DNA of 64,000 bases. It comes from Phoronis australis (lineage: Eukaryota > Animalia > Phoronida). The stretch covers positions 155,941 to 219,940 of the forward strand of contig NMRA01000005.1 in the NCBI GenBank assembly GCA_002633005.1, given 5' to 3'. Below the pieces are notes generated by a model. The model was not told the origin of the DNA. It saw nothing but the letters and a program-made list of their open reading frames with translations, and did not search any database. Made by a program: the position numbers and the translations under genes. Below, in pieces: positions 12,485-22,431 of the stretch (positions within the stretch are counted from its first letter, which is position 1; each line of letters begins with the position of its first letter).

Positions 12485-12883
12485 GGCCCGGTCTCCAATC
12501 TTTACTCGAAATGGAGCTCGAAATTAGGTTTGGCATTTTGTATTCTAATTTTGGGCGAACTCAAGATAAGTGTCTATTATTCTATGCTCGAGTACACAAT
12601 AACTTACGTAGATAATTTATTGCCCTTAGTTCACAGTTTGTAAACCCAATATTAAAGCTATAAGTTCGAGTTTGAACTCGAAATTTCGAGTTTTTACTCG
12701 AGTTTGTAGCACGAATATAAGGGTCTTCAAGGGCAAACTTGAACTAGAAACTCCTATGCATAAACTATAATGTATTCGAGCACAGTCTGATAACCAATTA
12801 TCTTAAGTTCGCACAAAAGGAGCAGAGAAATTGCCAAAAATAGTTTCGAGTTCGTTTCGAGTACAAAGATTAGAGACCGGGCC
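12485..12883. mobile_element. PIF/Harbinger (Tourist-like) MITE
   Basis: TIR GGCCCGGTCTC(C/T)AATCTTT; CAG TSD at 12482-12484 and 12884-12886; same family as 55706-58096. Confidence 0.85.
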
Positions 12884-15552
12884 CAGGTCTAAACTGGAGT
12901 TAAACCAGGTTTTACTAGACCACTGGTTTAAAAGTTAAACCACCTTTATGAAATGTAGATGATCTTTAAACCTGGTCTAAGGCCAGTTTAAACCAGGTTT
13001 AACTTTAAACCACCTTTATGAAATTGCCTGTAGATGAACAACACAGTGGCGGATCTCGGATATCACAAGGGTGCCCAACATTTTGTCGGTAAACAATTGC
13101 GCAAAGCACGATTGCCAAACACCATGAGGGCGAAAGTTGGCCGGGTACGGTCAGATGATTATGTGAAACAAAATTATTGGTTATCATTGTAGCTAGTAGT
13201 ACGAGTAGCTGCAGCAATTTTGTTGTTGTTGTTGTCCATCTATATCATAGCTTCAATGGAGAGGCTGGCTCTGGACCTTTTCCTAGGGGGGATTCGATTG
13301 AACTCTCCGACCCCCCCCGGCTACGGGCCAGCAGTGATAGGTTTAGGCACAGGTGGATTGGGACTGTCTTTTGTCTGTGTTTGGCCCCGTCTTCCAAGTA
13401 AACCTTCGTATGCTTACATGTGAAGAATGTGAAATGTGGTTTTTTCGCCAATGTGACTGGTGGCCTGGCGAGTAAACCCAGCGGCAGCCGGAAGATGCCG
13501 GACAGACTAGCCCTGTAGTTGCAGCAGAGGGTCGTCGACCATATGTCCGACTACACCCCAGCCACAAACTCCTCGCTGCTCATGCACGTGTTTCTCTTTT
13601 ACAGAGAGCTTTGATCAATAGGAAATCGTAATTTCTGCACATTTCTGAAAAAGACACGGTCAACTTCTCTTAAACTAGGTGCATTAAACTGCGTAGGAAG
13701 GTTGGGACTGCAAATCACGCATGTATCATGGGCGCATCCGGGGGGGGGGGGCTCGCATGAGTCCCCCAATTTGGAGAAACGGGCAAAATAGTCCGCCTCA
13801 CTCAGTGAAACAAAAAGTCCGAGTAAACGAGACAAAGTCCACAAAATTCACGGGAATTCGGCACGGCTGCAGAAACCGTGGACCTGAACCTACTGGCCCC
13901 GTTTTTTTTTAGTCCTCGCTGATTTCTTTCAGTAAAAGGTCCGCATACCGAAAAATTCGAGACAGCTATATTTTAGGCTGGGTGCGCGCATGGGTATACA
14001 ACATTTACTTAGTAATTCAACACTAGCGTGTATTTTCTTGCTGATATCTGACCAAAGGTGTCTTCACATGTTACCATATGCGAGTACATTAAGACAAAGA
14101 AAAGAATGACATCATCGTGCAATGTTGGACATCAAAGCAATGCTAGGCCATTTAAACTTTTAAAAACTGCTGCCTCCCATTCTAGTAAATTTATCCAATA
14201 ACCGAAAGACGTTCTTGTGAAAGAGTTTCCTAGGCCAACCATATTTTTAAGCAGAACAAATGTATTACGAAATTGAAAATGCATAAAAATACGGTACCCT
14301 TGAAAAGTTTATTTGAATAAAAACTGCGATTTTTAAAAAGTCGATGTCAATTAACGGTTCGGCGAATTAACTTTGACAAACTTCCGACAAAACGGTATTT
14401 TATTGCAACATAAGTTCGACTGAACTGCCAAGTAATTCTGGCAACTTGTTGATCCAAGTTTGGCAACTAGATTTCTGTCCAAGTCTGTCTACATCATTTT
14501 GAAAACTACTATATTATATACGGACATCAACAAATAATACCCTGCACAATCTGATCGACATGTGCGATTTCCAACGAAGAACTCCCTTGTGATCAGCAAT
14601 TATTTCCTAACAATAGTCTTAGAATTCTTTGTGAAAAAGGATGAACTTTATAAAACCGCAGGGAAAACTGATGTTGTGTAATTCACAAAAACTATCTTCA
14701 AGCTCTTCAAACTTCCATTCTTTCTATGGCGGTCAATGCTATTTTTGTTAATACAGTTACACATTTTGGTTGTTTGAACCGCAAGACTTGCTGCTGCTGT
14801 GTTTCACATGAGCATGTACTACAGCTTTCTCGTTCTCGAATAATTTGAAATTTTATCTACACCTTTTCGTGAATAGTTGGCAATTCCGAATGTAGGGAAA
14901 GGCAAAGGACCATTTCCACGCCCTGCACTCCAAGAAAGGATACCATCTGAGTGGAACGGGGTCATTGAATAGGAACGGATATCTATTCTGAAAAGCAGGA
15001 AATGGGAAGTAACTGGTACAATCTTCAGGTTCCCAATTTATATCAAGTGATGCATGATTACATTTAACAATAGAAAATACAGCGAGTGATGCCTTCATTA
15101 TCCTTTGCCAGAGAAGATTCACATAAAAGTAGTTGTACATTCCCTAGAAATTGTTTTTTAGATTTAAAAATATGAATCAGTTTACTTTGGAGAATCTGTG
15201 CATACGTTTTCTCCGACTTTCTCGAAATATACAATTTTATGAGAAACAGTTTATTACTACAAAAGAGACCTGAACTACATGTTTCAGCATTTTAGTATGA
15301 ATTTTGAAAGTATAAAGGTTGGTTACTGACATTCACATCTTCTTAAATAGTCCACAGTATTTTTCTTTTTTCTCTGAAAAATAAAAATTTATTAGTTCCG
15401 TAAAGCCCCACAACGAGCGCTGTTTTTCGTCACTGAGGCTGTACAGCCCAAACAGATATAGGTGTTTGGCCGTGCGAGTACATAGTCCACTAGTCAACAG
15501 ATCAACCTCACAACCTTTTTGTTTTTCTTCCCTGTGACGTTGGTTCATCCCG

Positions 15553-15798
15553 GGGCCTAGCCAGCCAGCTAGTTAGCTGTATGGAAACTATCGTCAAAAT
15601 ACAGCTAGGTACCAGTCCCACTGTGTGTTTAACTGTTAGTCCCCGAAATTTCACACAGGCCGGGTAGTTCTACTCGTCCCCTCGTCGCCAAACTTATATC
15701 AACATGTAAAGCTGTAAATCGGCAGGGGTGCATGCAAAATCTGGGTGACAACCGACACTCATCTTGCCAGTTGGAGCCGTTTAAGTGAAAAACAATCT
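15553..15798 (+). repeat. Unclassified dispersed repeat, likely a DNA-transposon terminal region
   Basis: Colinear with 34948-35178 (CTAGCCAGC..AGCTGTATG..TCGTCAAAAT..GGGGTGCATGCAAAATCT..CCGTTTAAGTGAAAAACAAT); partial copy at ~16845-16930. Confidence 0.7.
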
Positions 15799-15818
15799 TG
15801 CGTAATTCTCTGCCTTTT

Positions 15819-16154
15819 CAGCGGTGGATTTAGGGGGGGGGGGCAAGGGGGCCATGGCCCCCCTAAAATTCTACCAGTTATAACCAGATACCATGCAGTT
15901 CGGGTGCGAGTTGCTGTCAAGCACATGTGCGCAACCAGGGAGGTTCGGAGGTTCGGAAGGCTCGCTGCGTGAATAAACAATGCATAGGCCCTCAACAAAC
16001 CCCGTTCACCGTTTTTTTTAGTCAAAGGTCCGGAAACCCAAAAATTCGAGACCTCCGCATCCCTACATTTTAGACTGTGCGCGCGCATCTGCCGAAATTC
16101 TGGTTATTCCTGTGCCCTGGCCCCCCCTAACTCAAAATCCTGAATCCGCCCCTG
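15819..16154. mobile_element. hAT-type MITE with 5-bp TSD (hAT5-like)
   Basis: CAGCGGTGGATTT...AATCCGCCCCTG termini; CTTTT on both flanks. Confidence 0.75.
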
Positions 16155-19100
16155 CTTTTGTAACAAAGAAAAGTCAATCGTTGTTTCAACAGCACGCTCT
16201 ACACTTTTTCACAGTGCTACGAAAGGTAGCACTGTAGAGTGTTGTTTATCATGGCTTCTCATTGGTTAAAGTCCTGGTCTCACACGTTGTTAACCCTTAT
16301 TACATGGTAGAGGATGTTATAAGGATCCAAGAAGTACCTACCCCATAACTAATACACAATCCGTAATCGAATAAAGCTTAAATGAACGCACCACTCACGA
16401 TTTGCACCCGAAGAACACACCGCCATTTTGAACTTACCGCGAACCCGGAAGTACAATTCATTCAGGAACCCAGGCTAGGTTAACGTCGTCAGTGCGACTG
16501 GAGCAGTGCCTGTTACCAGCCTGCAAACGGGGATAAAATAATCGACAGCGCGCCTTAATGTTAATAAAATAAAAATACGGGTAATTTTATCGAATTTGCT
16601 GAAGAAATGTGGCGAATAAATTTTGACAGATATTATTTTGCCCGGGACTCGGGACCGCTGCCTATCGGACCCGGTGCGGATCGAGACCAGACACTGGCGA
16701 ACCGTAAAGGCATGCGGTTGCAAGCTGTTTTTTCGAAGTAAAATGTTCAAATCATAAATGCCGTACAAATTCAAAGGTAGTTTCAGGCACTTGCACAAAA
16801 TTACGGGCTGGTTAGTCCTGTGTCAATCTTTCGCGGTAGCCCTTAGCTAGTCTCAGTGCCAGCCACCAGTATGAAGACTATCGTCAAAATACAGCTTGTT
16901 AGTAGGCCTATATAGCTTTGCACCAAGGCTACCCTTATGCCTATCTGGTCTCTGGCCACAGCGCTCGCTCAAACGAGGTTTATTTAGAACTTGGGATCTT
17001 CTGGCGAGCTGTGCAAAGTTGTTGGCTTTCAACAGAGACTTTGCACGAGCACTGGCACCAAGCTGGAATTTTTGGAAATGTATACCTTTTACTATAAGAT
17101 TCACCGGGTATGTTCAGAGCTATGAATTGCAGACGCTAAATTTTGGTACTTCCTGTCTTCTAGTGGACTTTTGTTTCGTTTTCTACCTTTTGTGGGAGTT
17201 TGCGCTTTTGAGGCAGACCTTTTTCGAATAGGAGGCTTGTTCGAGCACATAAGTATGACAAGTCCAATGCAAAAATGTTATCATTTTTTATTCATTAAGC
17301 CAAAATGATTCAACCTTTTACCATAATCAGTAACCTAAAAAGCACAATACTTTACATCATTTAAGCATTACAAACACTATCCAACAGCACAAGTTTCCAT
17401 TATATGAAAGTGGACATACTTGTAACTACTACCATGGTGACCGAATAGTGTTTCCTCACACCAGAATTTGACAAGAATGATTTAAAAAAAATATGAAGTT
17501 GCAAGGAACAAGAATTGGAGGCTTGAAGCTTCACAATCCAACATATAGCTTATTTCTCTAATTAAGATTCCTCATATTTTTGACTTGATAACCGGAATTA
17601 AGAAAGCAATAAGTTACAAAACATGACTTGAAAGCAATTTAGACTTAAAATTTAGAAAAATATGAATTATTTTGAGACACCTAATCAAGCCTTGAACAGC
17701 AGTTGACAGTCAAACAAAAAACCATTTCAAATTATTTCAACTATTTTTTAGCTTAGTGCAAGACCACCTGAATGGGAAATTCACAGTAAAATAATTCGAA
17801 TATATCTTATATTTTGTGCACAAAAACACGAAAATTGAACAACGTTCCTTTTTTGTAGCAACGTCTGTCAAATGTATCCACGTTAACTCTTCACAAATTA
17901 CAAAGCAACAGGTTGAACATGCATTCCAGTTCAGCAAAAGTCGCCATGTTGTCGGTGCCGTCAGAGATGAGACCACGGGAATTGTGAGCACATTTATCAC
18001 TTAATAAGTAACAACTGCGAGGCTGAAATTTGGTGAAAACTGTTGAATCGTGCAAAAGAGTAAGTAAAGATATGTCTCACTAAATTTCACCGTAAATTGT
18101 TGGCGACAACAATTTACACAAACTTTTAAACTCGTAACTTATCCCGCTGGCCTCCAATATGGCCGACGCGATCCAAACTAAGTGACCCAAATTTCCCTAC
18201 AAAAATTGCAATAACTTTACACTGCTTGCCCCGATTTCGATACTTTTTCGATTTTTATTGAGCAGAATGCACTACCTTTAAGATGATAGCAAAGTACTTT
18301 TTCAAAACGAAAAAAAAAAAATCAAAACCTGAAAACAAATTTGGTTCAACTCATATTGGTTCCTAGGTTCGACCGCTCAACATAACAGGAAACTAAACAC
18401 CAATGCTATTTTAACATAATAAACAAAAGTACGCGTAACACTTCAAAAAAATTCAACAACCACTAACTACAAACTATCAATACGCTACATATACAAACTA
18501 ATCACGAGATATTTCTAATGAAACAAAATAATGAAGACTTTTCGAGCAAGCGATAGCACATTCAAATTACAAGGAAAAAAATAGCGGAGTTCAGGACAAG
18601 TCCCTGAACTGACGAGCCGGAAATGTGGGTACGGAAATAACCGATGACAGCCGGTAATTATGCAGAGAACGAACGTAGGTCTTGTAGACGACGAGGTAGG
18701 TGGCTGAATGAGACACCACGTTGAACTGAACAAAGGAAATATGGGCGACCAATCAGGAGTCGCGTAGAGAAATGTATGAATACAAAAGTAGGCCCTTGAG
18801 GCTATAAATAGAGATGAGTAATGCAAAATAAACCCTAAGGACTGGTATCAAAATAAAGAGACAAGTGCCAAAATAATGACGATAAATGCATTTAACAAGT
18901 TAAATTTAATTTATCGTAATCTATTTTGCCCGGGGTACGCCACGAGCTATGTTGCAGAGTAAAACAAGAGGAGGATTGGGAATATTGTCATTTATTATGA
19001 CGTAAATAGATAAAACTAACTAAGACTCTGCAAGATGGGCATGGACAAAACGCTTTAATGGCAGCACGGGAATGCTGACATCGCCCATCCGAGGAAGCGG

Positions 19101-19550
19101 AACCCGGGCAATAACAAGGTTAGACTATGATAAAATATAGGTACTAAATTTTGTATCAGATCTCATTTGATCAGTTTTTACCCACATCGACGCAACGGCT
19201 AGTTATTTCGTATACAGCTTTGCACCAAGGCAAGGCTACGCAGCCGGGGCCAATTAGCTGATGCAGAACAGTATCGTTCCACTAATAGTCAACAATACAT
19301 GGCAGTAAATTTGTATTATGAACTTTTGTAGAACCGATGCAGATCTGTAGCCGAGAGGTCTTCACCCAATGAACTATATACATAATAAGCTAATTTATCC
19401 CGTTACCTACACCCACGGTACAGTCTCGGTGACGTCAGACGCGCGTTAGCCAATAGAAATTAACATTAGAAAACAAAGATGTGATTTCTGACATAGACTT
19501 TATTCATTAAAAATGCATATTTTGTACTTTAGGAACCTTTTAAGTTACCT

Positions 19551-19857
19551 ATTCTTATTAAAATGACGTAAGCAAAAATTCATTTTCAAGCTCCAGAAGT
19601 AAGCCCTCCTATATCAATTTAGAGACCACCTAGAACGGGAATAACTTTATTAATATAAGGGGCCACACTTTTTGTCCGCCTTCAGATGGGACCCCTATAT
19701 TAATACAAAACCCCGGTTTTGGCCTTCAGGCGGGTCCTTCTTATTATTATAGGTGACCTGCTTTTCGGCTGTCTTCAGGTGGGGTCCTTAATTATTATAG
19801 GGCAACAGTTTTGAAGCTCGAAAATGGATTTCTTGCTTATGTCATTTTAATAAGAGC
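19551..19857. repeat. Foldback/MITE-like element: ~45-bp inverted arms enclosing three ~50-bp tandem units
   Basis: CTTATTAAAATGACGTAAGCAA.. pairs with ..TTGCTTATGTCATTTTAATAAG; internal repeats of TATA.GG..CTTCAG..GGG(A/T)CC. Confidence 0.55.
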
Positions 19858-21494
19858 AAGCCAGTTAAATAATGAGATAGGTGAGCTTTCGAGTGTTGAT
19901 ACAAAATGTGGGAACACAAACTAAAATATCGGTCCTACGCTTGTGGCGGTCGTTACGGTCTCACCCTTCAGATTATTGTTAGGGAGGGAACTCCCCCAAT
20001 TCCAACGGCTTTGGCTTCATTTCCATCTAGCAGAATTGGAATCCTCATTGCATGAGTTTGAAAACCAGCTAGGGTTCTGCTTCGGTGATAAAATCAAGTG
20101 ACTTAATTGTTGTGTTTGTGGCGGACTGTCACATTTTAATTTTTTTCCGCCATCCCGCCACACCATCTAAATGTCCCGATTTTTGACACACGGCGAAATT
20201 GACACACTACCATATACTATTGTAATTTCCCACGCGACATAGCCATATTTTCCCGCTCGATTAAAAAGAAAAAAGGGACGTTTTATGGGTTATTGCAGCA
20301 CCCGTAATTTCCCATTCAAAAACAAAAGATATTGCCGGCATCTCCCGTTTGAAAAAAGAGTTGTCGGTACGTCTTTGTGTGTTGCGTTTTGGCTCAAGAA
20401 CCAGATGTCCCGTTTTTATTCTGTAGCAACGATCTCGCTTTTCAATCCATTTGTTCTGTTTTACATTCTTGAATGTTGACTGAGACAACTATGCAACAGG
20501 TGCTCAAAACAATGAATATCAGTATTTTCCAGAGTCCACTTTCTTTAGTAACATAACAATCGTAAAAATGTGTTCCAATGTCTCTTGTTAACTTCAACAT
20601 AAACTCTAGTGTCAGGATCACTAACTTTTCCTTTCTGAAGAAAAGAGTTTATTTCCAAACTTTTATGAGTAGTCCTGAACTGCAACCAATGTGATGAGCT
20701 ATGCACAGTACATTTCAAAGATACGTGATATATGTTTGCTAATTTTTTATCTATCAGAAAACCTTTATCCGCAAATTTCGGATAGATGTTTGGAGTACTT
20801 TATTGCATCTTTCGTCACTGCATTCCGAATTTTTATTGAGAAATGTATTTTTATCAAACGGCCACAAAGGTCCAATTAATCATAATAAATAAAGACGTAT
20901 AATTTTGAATGAATGGCTGACTAACTTATCCACGGCAAAATATGAGGGTTCCATATTCTAATCCCTTTGTCTGAAATTATTTCCCTAATGGCTTAAAAAG
21001 TCATTAATATAACATCTTTGGTTCATTTCCTTGTTTATGTTACTATTACACGCTGTTGGTTTGCCCATTTTGGCAACACTCTTAGTTTTTAGAATTAAAA
21101 AAGTATTTTTGAACCAGTCGGGAACGCGAAATGATATTTACTTATCAATAACATTATATTGTTTGCTCCTGGTATAATCATCAAGAATTGACAAAGGAGT
21201 GGCGAAAATTTTTTAATGACAGCTAATTCCATAGCAACTACACACAGCGGAACAAACGAATGCAAGCAAGCCTCACACATGCGTGGAGCAACATCAGCGG
21301 CTGCGAGATCAGAGTTGGCATTCCAGAGCTAGAATTCTATGCTCATAGCGAAACTGTAACTAAATGACGTCATCTAGTTACACGTGGGTTTGTCGTTGTC
21401 GAGGACAAACGAAAGCGTAAGGCCAACATAAGGGGGAGGGGGGACAAAAACTGAATTTAATGCTTTTATGACAACAACACTTCTGTTTAAAGTT

Positions 21495-22125
21495 CCCAAA
21501 CTTTGAATAAAAATATCAAGAAGAAAAAGCTTGGTTTGGAAAGTAATGAACGATGGGCCGGTACAGTGTTAGATTTTTTTCTTTCAGAATAAGGCTTGGG
21601 AACAAGAAGATCACTTGAGCAACGCGGCAAATTAAACCAACGAAACACTTAATTACGTGAGCGACACGGTAGAATCATCGAGTCAACAACAACCAGGAGA
21701 TCAGTTGAGCTTGTGATCAATGTAAGCAAAGGTCAACGCGACTGAAGCATTTGGTAAGAGCAGTGTGACAGAACGACGTCTTCATTATTGCGGTTGCTTA
21801 GTTTACACCTCAGTCCTCCGGACTTACACCCTCGTCATTAGACTTTGGACGAGCCTGATTGCTAAGAAAGACATGTTGTCTATGAATATTTGTCAAATAC
21901 GCGAACGAGCAGCGTTTAGTTTTTTGTTTCGAACAATTAATTTAGATTTGAAATAAACGGCATGGTTCGCTTAGAACATGGACAGATGATTGCGATACAA
22001 TTGACTCTGAGAAGTAATTCAATTGCGGAGCTTACAAACATGACATTTTACGGTCTTTTTCACTTACAGATTCTCCTCCTAGATCATAGCCAACTACATG
22101 AACTCGAATTCGTTTGTTTCCAATG
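21495..22125 (+). pseudogene. Degenerate tandem duplicate of the 5' region (intron end, 5' UTR, first ~130 codons) of the LRR-Ig gene
   Basis: Colinear with ~22128-22830, including the TTTCAG acceptor. The ATG has become ACG; indels and a stop are present; residual peptide SNSIAELTNMTFYGLFHLQILLLDHSQLHELEF. Confidence 0.85.
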
Positions 22126-22431
22126 TTCTCAAACTTCAATTAAAATCAATGAAACAACAGTTTGGTTCGGAAAAGTAATGAAACGTACTTGACAAACTAT
22201 TGTACAATAGCTAGGTTCTGTGTTAAAGCCTGGTTTTATCTTTCAGAACTTAGGCCAGGGAACAAAACGATAACTTTAACAACACGGTTGATTAATCTAG
22301 TCAAACAGGCAACACGCGAGGGACTCGTTTGAATCATCGAGTCGACAAGAATCAGATCAGTTGATCTTCTGAACAATTATGTAAACAAAGGTCAACACAA
22401 CTGACGCATCTGGTAAGACCAGTCTGACAGA

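Larger units (their letters stand above)
10820..13030. mobile_element. Internally deleted PIF/Harbinger-like element with nested MITEs
   Basis: Inverted ends CCGATTTCATAAAGGTGGTTTAA / TTAAACCACCTTTATGAAATTG flanked by CAG/CTG; subterminal AAACC(A/T)GGT repeats; internal Myb/SANT-like remnant. Confidence 0.7.

Noticed and set aside
18740-18815. CCAAT plus TATAAATA promoter for the LRR gene
   Set aside because: Sits in LTR-like repeat sequence 3.6 kb upstream, with no linkable exon; unsupported without transcripts.
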